A DNA stretch of 39,430 bases from Chiloscyllium plagiosum (Eukaryota), in assembly GCF_004010195.1 (NCBI RefSeq), contig NC_057718.1, forward strand, positions 84,631,156 through 84,670,585, read 5' to 3'. This document shows positions 1 through 12,311 of this stretch, piece after piece. The translations under genes and the position numbers were made by a program. How positions within the stretch are numbered: the first letter of the stretch is position 1; every line of letters starts with the position of its first letter. The notes under the pieces were generated by a model, which saw nothing but the letters and a program-made list of their open reading frames with translations, made no database searches and was not told the origin of the DNA.

Positions 1-393
1 GTGGAAGGGTACTGGTTGGTATGGCGGGAAAGGAAGAAGCGGAGGGCTTTGAGTCCTTCGTGATGGGGGATGGAGGTGTACAGGGACTGGATGTCCATGG
101 TGAAAATAAGGCGTTGGGGACTGGGGAAGCGAAAATCATGGAGCAGGTGGAGTGCGTGGGTGGTGTCCCGAACGTAGTTGGGGAGTTCTTGGACTAAGGG
201 GGACAGGACGGTGTCAAGGTATGCGGAGATGAGTTCGGTGGGGTAGGAGCAGGCGGAGACAATGGGTCGGCCGGGGCAGTCAGGTTTGTGGATTTTGGGC
301 AGGAGGTAGAAGCGGGAGGTGCGGGGTTGTGGGACTATGAGGTTGGAGGCGGTGGATGGGAGATCCCCCGAGGTGATGAGGTTATGGACGGTC
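1..393 (-). mobile_element. Penelope-like element, RT fragment
   Basis: Reverse strand reads LIFTMDIQSLYTSIP...GLKALRFFLSRHTNQYPST (PLE RT motif); homologous to 3060-3335. Confidence 0.8.
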
Positions 394-417
394 TTTTCTC
401 TGGATTGGGGGGTGTGG

Positions 418-705
418 GGGAGTCCAGAACTATTTGGCATAAGTTTTAGGGTGAGAGGGGAAAGATATAAAAGGGACCTAAGGGCAACATTTTCATGGTG
501 GTGTGTGTAGGGAATGAGCTGCCAGACGAAGTGGAGGAGGTTGGGACAATTGCAATGTTTAAAAAGCATCTAGGTGGATAGATACATAGGGTTTGTGGGC
601 CAAATGCTGGCAAGTGGAACTAGATTAATTTAGGATATCTAGTCAGCCTGGACGAGTTGGACCAAAAGGTCTGTTACCAAGCTGTACAGTTGTATACTCT
701 CTGAC
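418..705 (+). mobile_element. CR1 LINE 3' end
   Basis: Matches the other CR1 3' ends in the window (gggtgagaggggaaagat...gagctgccaga.gaagtgg...ctgtaca...tgact). Confidence 0.8.
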
Positions 706-1904
706 TAGGTTAAACTGACTGGTAGAAGCCTGAGAATTTGGTTAAACTGTTAATGGGATGCTTAGAGAGCATGTAGTATGTGGGTATAATGTGACAATGC
801 AAAAACGCCTACTGGCTGAAGTTCAACTAGACTTCAAACAGGTGCTATCATTGGCAAATGTGGCACATGGAGCACGTGGGTTGTAAGGTATTCGATGGAA
901 GTGGGCAACTTTGCCAGTCTGTCTGAGCTTGGGGAACACCATGTAAGTGTAGGCAGGTGTACAACCTCACTCAGGTAGAGTCTTGATAAGAATAACTCTA
1001 GGTTTGCTCAAGTAAAACACCAAATCAAAGCTCAAGTTCAGTCAAACAATTAGTTTTCTTCAGGATCCTGCTTGATAAGACATTTGTAATTGGTATATGG
1101 ATTCAGGACAGCAACAGTGTCCTACCATATGTAAATGGAGTAAGAAAACTTGTAGGCTGGTATTCAGGAGAGCTCATATCCTAGAGCTACACCTGCATTT
1201 CATTTGGAACTGTTAAATTGCTTAGCAACGTCCAAATCTGAACCAGTCAAGATAAGTGTCTGGTTAAATGGTTGTCTGGTTCAAATGGAGGTCGATACAG
1301 TGATTGCAGAACCAGTTATTGGATTCCTGCCCTTAAATTTGCATAAGACTTCAGCTAGACTGAACCTATATCAGGGAACCTTTTGCAGATTAAAGGATAT
1401 AGCCTCTGTTGTGATCTCTTATGAAAGGCAGCTGATTTAGTTACCAGTGATTGTAGCAGAAGGCATGGGTTGCAAGAGATTCACCTAGATTGGTTCAACA
1501 CTTTTCTTTTAAATGAGAAAGTGGCTGTCTGAGTGAATTCCTAATTAAATACCTGAAATTTTCCAGGAACGTGTGGGGACTATCAGAAAAGCCAAAGCAG
1601 CTTTTGCATGTTGTCTAGAAGGCAATTCTTTGATTCTGCAAGGCCTGCCTGGTGCCATTTGCCTTATGGGCAAAAGTGGAATCAGAAGACAGGAATGTGA
1701 AAGAATCATCTAACCAGTACAGTTTGTGGAATGGGTAGTGCGTGTTATATCAGTTTTGAAGCTTATTGGGTCAGTTTGCCTACGTGGTGATTTTAAACAA
1801 ATAAACTTTTTTTTTGCAGTTAGCTAAATACCTATTCCCATGGGTAGAGGATTTTCTGGTAGCAGCTTTGTCCATCAAGCTTGATGTGAACCTCACTTGC
1901 ATTT

Positions 1905-3340
1905 GTGTTGTGTGGGGTGCTGGAAAAGCACAGCAGGCCAGGGCAGGTCAGGCAGCATCCTAGGAGCATCATAGGAGAATCAATGTTTTGGGCATAAGCC
2001 CTTCATCAGGAATTAGGCTTGTGGGCTGAGATTTAAATGGGAACGGGGTGGAGCTAGGGGGGGGAAGGTAGTTGAGAATGCAGTAGGTAGGTGAAGGTGG
2101 GGGAGGAGATGATAGGCCAGAGGGGAGGGTGGAGTGGACAGATGGGAAAGACTATGGACAGGTCGAGGGCAGTGCCACGTTGGAGGCTTGGGACTGGGAT
2201 AAGGTGGGGGGTTGTCATCCTGTTACAACTTCTGAGTTGAAGCAAACACTCAGACCCCAGTATGGCTTTACCTTCTTAATCTTTATTCCGGGCCCTGGAG
2301 GGAGAGAGAATGATCACTCATGTGCATAGAGACATGAGTTCTCAGTCATCTCTCGAACAGCAGGTTCTTTAAGGAATTATATAGTCACTTACAGGGAGCA
2401 GCATCCAAATTAGGCAACCTCTATATTGATTGGGTGACTGTTACAATCAGCGAGCGTCAATAGTAAAGTTAAGCCATCTGGCATTATACAATGGATGTTC
2501 TTAACCTTGTCAACTGGCATTACATGCTTTTTACCTTGTTAACCCACTACCCTTGCCTCCAGCACCTCCTTGTTTACTGCAAGTTCTTATCTGGTCAAAC
2601 TCACGCTAATTGAGCCTTTGTTACGCAACCCAAAACTTAACTCTTCCCTACCTGCTCATACCTTTATACACTTTTCTCAAATTGGGGAAATGAAACTGGT
2701 GAAATCCACATTAATCCCAAATGGTTGCAGGATCTGAAGGCAGAAGAAGAGGCATTCTTCCTCCAGGCATTGGGTGGTTAGGGTTTGGCGATAAAGGAGG
2801 CCCAGGGCTGAAAGGTGTTAGTGAAGTTGAAGTGTTCAACCTCCTCGTGGAAGCACGAGGTAGCAGTGATACAGTAATTGATGCAGTGGAGGAAAAGGTG
2901 GGGTTGGTGCCGGTGTAGCTGCAGGAGATAGACTGTTCCACCTAGCCAACAAAGAGGTAGGTATATCTGGGACCCATGTGGATGTCCATGGTTACTCCTT
3001 TAGTCTGGAGGCAGTGGGAGGATTGGAAAGAAAATTTGAAGGTTCAGCCAGATGGATTAGGGTATCAGTGGAAGGATACTGGTTGGGATGGCTTGAGAGG
3101 AAGAAACTGAGGGCTTGGAGGCCTTTGTCATAGCAGATAGATGTGTACAGGGTGTCCATGGTGAAGATAAGGTGTAGGGCCCTGGGGAAACAAATCTTTG
3201 AGGAGGTGAAGGGCATGGGTGGTGTTCTGAATGTAGGTGGGGAGTCCCTGCACTAAGGGGGAACAGGATGGTGTCAAGGTATGTAGAGATGAGTTCAGTG
3301 GGACAGGAGCAGGCTGCGACAGTGGTCGGCTGGGGACATC
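1905..3340 (-). mobile_element. Penelope-like element (internally deleted), inserted in the Gypsy RT and itself interrupted at ~2213-2679
   Basis: Terminal repeat at 1905-2010 homologous to 29581-29710; RT fragments in ORFs 2711-2941 and 2992-3216 (LIFTMDTLYTSI...PSTDTLIHLAE). Confidence 0.8.
2213..2679 (-). mobile_element. Probable solo LTR inside the PLE
   Basis: Interrupts contiguous PLE sequence (gggataaggtgggggg | ggggaaatga); TG...CA ends; reverse-strand AATAAA (~2282) and TATA-like (~2378); no clear TSD. Confidence 0.5.
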
Positions 3341-4411
3341 GGGCAGAAGCTATTGGACCTCAAAAGCAACGAACTGTTGATTTCTTTATCTCTGCAGCAA
3401 TAACATCCAAAGCTTGCAGAAAACCAGTTTGTTTTCCCTCATCAGTTACTGTAGTCTGTGGCTCTGTAAAGAAGTCCGACTTTTTAAATAAATGTGTGAG
3501 CCATTCACCCTGTACCTGAGATTGGCATTTACCTAGATATCCTGGTATGCCAATCTACAAGCAAAACTAATAACTCTTGGAGAATCTAGGTTTAGTCCTA
3601 AGGCATTTTACCAAGGCTGATGTATGCTTAAGAAAGGAAAAATGTGTTTCAGTCTACTCAAGTCGACTACAGGGTTGACAAAATTGGGTCATATCTGTTA
3701 GAAGGTAAAGGTGAGGGTGACCAAAGGTACCCTGGCCCCCACCTTTCTCCAGATATTTAAGTCATATCTGGGTCTAGTAAACTCTTAGAGAAAATTCATA
3801 GACAACCTGGCTTCCATTCCGGGCATAATTTCATCAAATCCTAAAAAAGGTTTAGCCTGGGAAATGGTCTCCTACAGGTCCTAGCTTTTGATTACAGGAT
3901 AGTAGTATTTTCTTTACTTAATGTGTTTGTGCACTATGATCCCAAGAAAGATCTGGTGTTGATATGTGATGCCTCACTGTATGGCATATGGGTGGTATTA
4001 GCTCATAAGCAGCCCATTGCAGAGGAATGCCCTATAACTTCTGCATCCAGAACTTGCTCTAATGAAGAGCATAAATATGCCCAAATGGGAAAAGAAGGAT
4101 TAGCAGTCCTATTTGGAGTCAAAACTCCACCAATATCTTTGACTGGAAGGGGTGATGGTGGGGTGGAATTCATATTCGTGGACCAAAAACCCCTACTTGG
4201 TCTACTTAAAGAGAATAAAGCAGTGCTGTCTAAAGCTTCAGGCTGCATTTAGCAGTGGACTCTAACGTTACGTGCTTATAATTACAAATTAGAACACCAT
4301 CTGGGAAGCTGAGTAGCAAATGCGTTGAGCTGTCTTCCATTCGCAGGTATGAAACCATGATACCCCCCACATGGAAGAATCTGTTATCACATTGAATTTT
4401 CTGGGCAAGCT

Positions 4412-5070
4412 CCAGTTACAGCGCTCATGGACTAGATGAAGCCGCCTCAAACATTTCAAGAAGATAGCCTAAAATCTAACTTTTTATTTTAATTTAAGGC
4501 ATTTTAAGATGCTATGTTCCAGATGTAATTTGGTTGGTCAAACTGGTAGGCTTTAAGCAAAACACTCTATATTTTAACTGTAGTGTAAATATAAAAACAA
4601 AAGATTTGGAATAACTTTAACTCTTTTGAAATACTTAAACTAATATTTTTTTAACAACTACTCATCAATTGTTCAAATTTAGCAGCATCGCATAAACAAG
4701 CCCTTGGCAAAGACACATTCAGCAAAATAGATTTGCTCATGTGCTATCTGCAGTTCAGGAGAAAGGAAAAACTGAAAGAATGAATTCAGCAGCAAAGACA
4801 AGCCTTAAGGTTTTTACAGCAGCAGAGAGTGCTATATTTAGCAGCGTAATCTCCAAAAACACCCAATTTCAACAACTGAAAGCAAAATTAAAACCCTAGG
4901 TCTGTGAGCCTGTCTCCCACTCATGCTTCTTTTGCCTACCTTTTCTTTTTTTTAAAAAAAACTATTTACTCTTTCCATGGAGCAGACTACTTGGCACCAG
5001 GCTTACAACCCCTCTTCAAGACAATCAGGACAGACTGCTCACTCTTAAAGACACAATGTCAGAAATAACG
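4412..5070. mobile_element. Probable LTR-like insertion between Gypsy RNase H and integrase
   Basis: AT-rich non-coding block interrupting the pol remnant; ends resemble (t)gtta...taac; boundaries approximate. Confidence 0.35.
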
Positions 5071-5535
5071 ATACTACTTTGGACACAGATCCAGTCTTTC
5101 CCAAACTTTGTATTAATAAGGGAAACAAAAGAGCCGTTGAATTCTTTTGCAACATAGAATCTGGGAGGTATTGGTCACAATAATGGGCCACTGTTTACAA
5201 GTAGGGACTTTAGTTACTACTTGAAGACAAATGGGATTCGACGTATTAGGCCAGATCCATGCTATCCATCATCCAGTGGCCTGTCAGAAAGGCCAGTCTA
5301 AACTTTGAAGACTGGACTGAAGAAACAGCCTTTAGCCTCATGAGATACCAAGCTGTCACTTTTCTAAGTGATTATTGGACCACCCTACATGCAACTAAAG
5401 GGATAGTACCAGCAGAGATGCTAATGGATAGAAGAGACTGCAACATGCTAAGTCTCATCTTCTTGGACCTGTGGAGGCTTAGTGGGGGTGAAACAGCATT
5501 GGGAACTCCAGTGCCAAACCCAAGACTCTGCCAAG

Positions 5536-6165
5536 TGTGAGAAACAATGCTCACACACTTCAATAATTGCAGTCCGAGACAAAATCTGAATCAGTAGTGT
5601 CCTTTATTTTTACACTTGCAAGTGGGTGTGATGTCCAGTGCCAGGCAAGGCAGAGGACATACACACACCAAATTCAACAAACTCTCGATATTTATTTATA
5701 TAATTTGGTTCCTACATTTTTTTTCTTCTTTCATTGTTTCCCCCCCTGTTTACATCCTCCACTTCCCTAAGACTGGTCCCACCACTCCTGTTCATCTCTT
5801 GCCTTATCCGGCTTGTCTGTGACAAAATGCTTATTTCTGGCCTCACAAGGCCGTTTGACCCCATCCCGCTGCAGGTCATTGTTAGGCATATTCTTTCTTC
5901 GTCAGTATCTACTCTTTCCATCTGGGCCTCTCCCGAGGCCATTCTGATCCCTATGAGCTCTTTAATTAGGGTTTGTTCCTGTGTCTCTGTAAAAGTGGGA
6001 AACAGATGTTTATACCTACTGTTTGTACAGGCGTATCTAGCTTAACTTCATCCCCTCACGACATCTTATCTATTTGCCCATAATATCTACCATTGTTTTG
6101 CAATCACGTTTCATGCTGACATACAATTTTAGCTAATACAAAAACAATTATATATTTCCTCCACA
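5536..6165 (-). mobile_element. Probable solo LTR inside the Gypsy integrase
   Basis: tgtgagaaa...tttcctccaca imperfect inverted TG/CA ends; reverse-strand AATAAA near 5603; integrase remnant resumes after it. Confidence 0.4.
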
Positions 6166-6721
6166 TAGTTTCCATTCTCGTTGACTCAGCTCTTGGCTGA
6201 AACAATTACACACTGGTTCATTTACTTTGTATCAGAAATTATAATTGCAGAAGTAACATTAATTTACCTATATCCCACACAAGTGAGAGGGATGGTTTGA
6301 TTCAGGGGACAAAATTTGGTGAAAGAAACTTGTAAATGGCCCCACATGGGTAAGAGGCATGATAGTGAGATCAGGGTCAGTGACCTATAAAGTCCCGGTA
6401 GGTGTGATTCTCTTGAATAAGCATGTGGACAATTTGAAAGTTGCAAATTCACAGACTGCCCTGCCTCTCAGAATCTTCAGAAATACTTCACAAATCTGAG
6501 GATTCGCCCTTTCCATCAAGCATTGTTGAATTCTCTGCGTCAGAGATGGACATAACAGAAGTAGCTGCCTTGATGCCTTTGCCTCTGGAAGCAGGGAGTT
6601 AAAATTTACCCAGGCGCTGCAAACAGTGATGAGCTTCTGTTTATTATGTGCCTCCTGTGTCAGATTCAGAGTTGGAGGTGTTAAGGTGCCCCCAGGATGC
6701 AGGTCAAAAGAATCTGTCCAT

Positions 6722-7552
6722 AAAACATCGGAACAAAAATTAGGCCATTCAGCCCATCGAGTCTACTCCGCCATTCAATCCTGACTGATTTTAGTTTCTC
6801 AACTCCATTCTCCTGCATTCTTCCTGTAACCCTTGATCTCCTTGACAATCAAGAACCTATATCTCCCTCTTAAATGTATTCAATGACTTGGCCTCCACAT
6901 CCTTCTGTGGCAATGAATTCCATAGATTTACCATTCTCTGGCTGAAGAAGTTTCTCCTCGCCTCCATTCTAAAAGGTCTCCCCTTTACTCTGTGCCCTCA
7001 GGTCCTAGTCTCTCCTACCGATGGAAACTTCTTGCCAACATCCACTCTGTCTAGGCTATTCAGTGTTCTATAAGTTTCTATTAAATCCCCCTTCATCCTT
7101 CTAAACTCCATAGAGTATAGACCCCAGAGTCCTCAAATGTTCTTCATCTGTTAAGCTTTTCATTCCTAGGACCGTTCACATGAAACTCCTCTAAACACAC
7201 TCCTCCAGGGCCAGTACAGCTTTCCTGAGGTACAGGGCACAAAACTGCACACAATATACTAAATGTGGTCTGACCAGAATCTCAGAGGTACATCCCTGCT
7301 TTTATATTCGAGTCCTCTGAATATAAATGTCAACATTACATTTGCCTTCCTAACTACTGACTCAACCTGCAGGTTTACCTTGAGAGAATCTTGGACTAGA
7401 ATTCCCAAGTCTCTTGGCACTTCAGACTTCTGAATTTTCTGCCCATTTAAAAAATAGTCCATGCTTCTATTCTTCCTACTAAAGTGCATGATCTCACTTT
7501 CCCATGTCGTACTCCATCTGCCACTACTTTGCTCACTCACCTAACCTGTCCC
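6722..7552 (-). mobile_element. CR1 LINE 3' fragment
   Basis: ORF 7259-7540 (EIMHFSRKN...RDLGILVQDSLKVNLQVESVVRKANVML..RGLEYKSRDV) is CR1 ORF2 C-terminus. Confidence 0.88.
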
Positions 7553-7577
7553 ACCCTGTGTCCGTAGACTCTGAGGA

Positions 7578-7794
7578 ATGTCGTGGTTGTAGTGTGATCA
7601 GCCGACTGGACATCACAGAATGAGTTCACTGGTTAACTATAATGAGAGTGACCTGGGCGACGTGAAAGGATAAATATCACAGATATTGAGATACTAGATG
7701 CCACACTGAGAGGCAGGGCTGTTGTAAAAGACAATGCATTTGTAATTGAATGGTGATTGGTGATGGAATGCTGGCCTCTGAAGATTTATTTCAG
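7578..7794 (+). mobile_element. Possible 3' LTR remnant of the Gypsy element
   Basis: Position downstream of integrase, begins tg after a short purine run and ends ...atttatttca; weak support. Confidence 0.3.
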
Positions 7795-8897
7795 TGGGAT
7801 CCAAAGGCTTTCAACCGGATGACAGCAATCTGATTGGCTGCTGGGTAACTGACCAATTTAGGAATGTTTGCGATATTGGCATAAGCCTTCAGACTGCTGG
7901 AAGGTCAGATGGTGCCTCTGTCACTTGCATCCTTGTGTTCTGTCATGTGCACGGTTTGTCAAGCTCTGAGCCTGAGAAAAACTAGTTTATTTTCTCTCAC
8001 TAGTTGCTGTAGCCGTTTGTTTTTCACTGGTCACTCAGACTTCATAATTTATGAACCAATTGCCCTGTGCCAAAGTGAATGAAGCAAAGAATTTAGGGAA
8101 ACTGGATGTTTGAAAAACTGCTAGGCCCATGGCAATCCTAAATTGTACTCCTATTTAATAAAAACTCTTCCACCATATTACTTCCAGTTTGTTTCCCATC
8201 AACATGTAACATCAGTGTTTTTTGGCCAGTGTGTTAGCAGGTTGGAAGGGGTATAGTTTTTACAGGGATGGAGTTTTTACAGGAGGCAGGGTGGGAGGAG
8301 GTGTAATCTAGGTAGCTGTGGGAGTCGGTCGGTTTGTAGTAAACCGCAGCTACACTGGCACCAACCCCCACCTTTTCCTCTGCTACATCGATGATTGTAT
8401 TTGCGCTACCTCGTGCTCCCATGAGGAGGTTGAACAGTTTATCCACTTTACTAACACCTTCCACCCCGACCTCAAATTTACCTGGACCGTCTCAGACTCC
8501 TTCCTCCCATTCCTAGACCTCTCCATTTCTATCTCGGGTGACCGACTCAACACAGACATTTACTACAAACCGACCGACTCCCACAGCTACCTAGATTACA
8601 CCTCCTCCCACCCTGCCCCCTATAAAAACGCCATCCAGTATTCCCAATTCCTTCGACTCCGCCGCATCTGCTCCCAGGAGGAACAATTCCACTACCGAAA
8701 AACCCAAATGGCCTCCTTCAAAGACTGCAATTTCCCCTCCGACGTGGTCGCCGATGCTCTCCATCGCATCTCCTCCACTTCCCACACCTCCCGCCCTTGA
8801 ACCCCGCCCCTCCAATCGCCACCAGGACAGAACCCCACTGGTCCTCACCTTCCACCCCACCAACCTCTGGATACATCGTATCGTCCTCCGTCATTTC

Positions 8898-9339
8898 NNN
8901 NNNNNNNNNNNNNNNNNNNNNNNNNNNNNNNNNNNNNNNNNNNNNNNNNNNNNNNNNNNNNNNNNNNNNNNNNNNNNNNNNNNNNNNNNNNNNNNNNNNN
9001 NNNNNNNNNNNNNNNNNNNNNNNNNNNNNNNNNNNNNNNNNNNNNNNNNNNNNNNNNNNNNNNNNNNNNNNNNNNNNNNNNNNNNNNNNNNNNNNNNNNN
9101 NNNNNNNNNNNNNNNNNNNNNNNNNNNNNNNNNNNNNNNNNNNNNNNNNNNNNNNNNNNNNNNNNNNNNNNNNNNNNNNNNNNNNNNNNNNNNNNNNNNN
9201 NNNNNNNNNNNNNNNNNNNNNNNNNNNNNNNNNNNNNNNNNNNNNNNNNNNNNNNNNNNNNNNNNNNNNNNNNNNNNNNNNNNNNNNNNNNNNNNNNNNN
9301 NNNNNNNNNNNNNNNNNNNNNNNNNNNNNNNNNNNNNNN
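8898..9339. other. Assembly gap (442 N)
   Basis: Run of N. Confidence 1.
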
Positions 9340-9440
9340 CTATTACCCTCACCACCTTCCACCCATCATATTCCCAGCGCCCCTCCCCCAAATTCCCTCA
9401 CCCCTACCCTTTATCTCAGCCCGCTTGGCACACCAGCCTC

Positions 9441-9477
9441 ATTCCTGAAGAAGGGCTTATGCCCAAAACGTCGATTC
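9441..9477 (+). ncRNA. Minimal type I hammerhead ribozyme motif in PLE terminus, G12>A (probably inactive)
   Basis: attc-CTGAAGA-a-gggc ttat gccc-AAAA-cgtc-gatt. Confidence 0.6.
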
Positions 9478-9874
9478 TCCTGCTCCTCGGATGCTGCCTG
9501 GCCTGCTGTGTTTTTCCAGCACCACATTTTTCAACTCTTGTATTCTTCCCAGAATGATTTTAAATGTTAAGAGAACATGGTCAAGGTCACTTCTGATTCA
9601 GTTTGCTTCGTTTTCTGTCAGAATTCATTATTTTACTTGCCAACTCTTGTCTGTTATCAGTTATATAGCTACTTTTTAGAGCTGCTGTATAGCCTTCACT
9701 TGCAATGACGAGAAGCTGTTGCTGAACAGCAGTGTTGTGAAGAGATTTGTTATAGTGCAAATTTCAGAGGGTGGGGGGAGGGGTTTCATGGCAATTGCAT
9801 AGAGTTTATGGATAACTTGTTTGGAACATCTAATTTGTGTTGATATAATGAGAGGTAGTACTGTTGCGTGGAGG

Positions 9875-11885
9875 TTGCCTAACTATTTAAGAAAGGCATT
9901 AAGGAAAAGCTAGGGAACTATAGACCAGTAAGCATGACATCCATGCTAGACAAGTTGTTGGAGGGAATCCTCTGGGACAGGATTTACATGTATTTGGAAA
10001 GGCAAGGACTGATTAGGGATAGTCAACCTGATTTTGTGCATGGGAAATCATGCCTCATGAACTTGATTGAGTTTTTTGAAAAAATATCGAAGCAGATTGA
10101 GGGCAGAACAGTGGACATGGTCTATATGGACTTAATAAGGCTTTTGACAAGGTTCCTCATGGTAGTGTAATGTTAAAAGATTAAATTGTATTATCTCTGT
10201 GGTTAGTATAGTTTAACCCTTTAACGTTACATTACTGTCTCTCTACAAAGAATTGAAGTGGGTGGGTGCAGCATTCTGTCTGTCAGATAGCATGCAGGAA
10301 TGTGGATGACTACCTTGTAATCCACACTTCATTTGGGCAGCCATTCACTATTATTCTACTGCTATTATCGAATTAAACTCTCATCCAGAAATGCTTTCAT
10401 AGCCATCCCCCAGACAATCAAATTTGTTTGCGTTTTCATCCCCAATGCTGAAGCATATTACACTTACATTGTCCTGGGGAATCACTGAGTCAGGAAATTG
10501 TTTGCATAATGATTTTCCAGGACTAGGACATTTACATTATCTCCAAGGATGACCTCATCCTACCCTTGTACCTGAGGTAATGTGTGGTTTGGGGTGGGGG
10601 GGTAAAGGCTGGAATACCTGTGAGCATCACCAACTGACCTGTATAAGGAGATGTACCTCTTTTTTTTTTGGGGCCTTTTTTGACTTGACTTAGCACGCCT
10701 GCAAAGAGTGTCAAAGGGGGTCACCTAGCTTGTCTAGACCTTAATCGACTTTAATTGTTTGCCAAAGCTGGTGTGTGCGAATTGCATCTCTGGTGTGAAA
10801 CCTCGGGAACCAAACCTTAACAGTAGACTAGTTAGCAAGGTTAGATCTCATGGAATGCAGGGAGAACTAGCCATTTGGATACAGAACTGGCTCGAAGGTA
10901 GAAACAGAGGGTGGTGGTGGAGGGTTGCTTTATCGACTAAAGGCCTGTAACCACGAGGATCACTGATAGGTCCACTGCTTTTTGGCATTTTTATAAATGA
11001 TTTGGATGTGAACATAGGAGGTATAGTTAGTAAGTTTGCAGATGACACCAAAATTGGGGGTGTAGTGGACAACGAAGGGGGTTACCTCAGAGTACAATGG
11101 AATCTTAATAAAATGTGCCAATGGGCTGACGAGTGGCCAGTGGAGTTTAATTTAAAGGTGAAGTGCTGCATTTTGGAAAGGCAAATCAGAGCCTGACTTA
11201 TTTTGGAGTGCAGGTTCATAGTTCCTTGAAAGTGGAGTCGCAGGTCGATCGGATAGTGAAGGTGTTTGATATGCTTTCCTTTATGGGACAGAGCATAGGA
11301 GTTGGGGAGGTCATGTGGCAGCTGTACAGGACATTAGTTAGGCCACTTTTGAAATATTGTGTGCAATTCTGGTCTCTCTCCTATTGGAAGGATGTTGTGA
11401 AACTTGAAAGGGTTTAGAAAGCGCTTACAAGAATGTTGCCAGTGTTGGAGGATTTGAGATACAGGGAGAGGCTGAATAGGCTGGAGCTATATTCCCTGGA
11501 GCGTCAGAGGTTGCGGGACAGCCTTTGTAGAGGCTTATAAATCTCATGAGGGGCATGGATAGGATAAATAGGTCTTTTCCTTGAGGTGTGGGAATCCAGA
11601 ACTGAAAGGCATAGGTTTAGGGTGAGAGGGGAAAAATTTGGAAGGGGCAACATTTTCACCAGGCGGTGGGGTTGTGTGTGGAATGAGGTGCCAGAGGAAG
11701 TGGTGGAGGCTGGTACAATTGCAACATTTGAAAGGCATTTGGATGGGCATATGAATAGGAAGGGTTCAGAGGGATATGGGCCAAGTGCTGGCAAATGTGA
11801 CCTAGATTTGATCAGGATATCTGAGATGCATAGACGAGTTGGATCAAAAGGTCTCTTTCTGTGCTGTGCATCTCTATGACTCTGT
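9875..11885 (+). mobile_element. CR1 LINE (RT to 3' end), split by a solo LTR
   Basis: NYRPVS / GKSCLMNLIEFFE (9934-10170), SKFADDTKIGG (11002-), LVRPLLKYCVQFWS (11163-11417), 3' tail tctctatgactct. Confidence 0.92.
10166..10822. mobile_element. Solo LTR (657 bp) with 4-bp TSD GTAG
   Basis: gtag|TGTAATG...CCTTAACA|gtag; removing it restores the CR1 sequence ttcctcatggtag-actagttagcaagg. Confidence 0.8.
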
Positions 11886-12176
11886 GTACTAGATTTGACC
11901 ATTTTGCTGTAATTCCTTCACTCAACCACATCCCATATTTTATACATTAACATGGCACATGTTTCAATCACTAACTCTAATCTATTTTAAACCAACAAAT
12001 ACTTGATCTTAAGTATTTTTCAAAACCACGGGTTTTATTGGTTATATCTGAGTTAATTTGAACTTCATGGGCAAAATTCAAAGACAACACTTTGCAACCA
12101 AATTGCCCCTACATAGCACACATTATTGCAATTAATTTTACACGTTCTGAATGTGTTTTTTTTTTTACATCTGCAG

Positions 12177-12311
12177 AATCCTGATACTTGGCTAGGTGGG
12201 GATGATGAGCCGTTAACAGGCTTTACTTGGCGAGGTGGCTGTGAGCGCGAAACTACTGGAATACAAATTTGGAGTGAAGTTTTCGTCATCAATAAATCTG
12301 ATGGGAGCCAG
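12177..12311 (+). CDS. ATL2: Atlastin-2 coding exon (equivalent to exon 3)
   Basis: Poly-T tract + ctgcag| ... CAG|gtatgc; 135 nt; [45 protein letters not shown] with the switch-I RETTG motif; GFTWRGGC matches ATL2 rather than ATL1 (GFSWRGGS). Confidence 0.96.

Larger units (their letters stand above)
715..6720 (+). mobile_element. Degenerate Ty3/Gypsy LTR retrotransposon internal region, fragmented by nested insertions
   Basis: gag-like MLREHVVCG..QKRLLAE (~758-815); protease-like LNGCLVQMEVDT (~1260-1300); RT pieces (~1640-1900, ~3525-3800); RNase H HYDPKKDLVLICDASLYG...KYAQMGKEGLAVLFGVK (3923-4252); integrase NGPLFTSRDF..YLKTNGIR (~5180-5290) and C-terminal GDK..NGP.W..VTYKV (~6300-6395); PR-RT-RH-IN order. 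Confidence 0.8.
8236..9540 (+). mobile_element. Penelope-like element, 5'-truncated with inverted 5' segment, spanning an N gap
   Basis: ORF 8318-8800 has YIDD, FLPFLDLSI, YYKPTDSHSYLDYTSSHP, YSQFLRLRRICS (PLE RT/thumb); terminal repeat at 9340-9540. Confidence 0.9.

Noticed and set aside
8718..9570. Long ORFs of 166-267 aa
   Set aside because: They are open only because they run through the 442-N gap.
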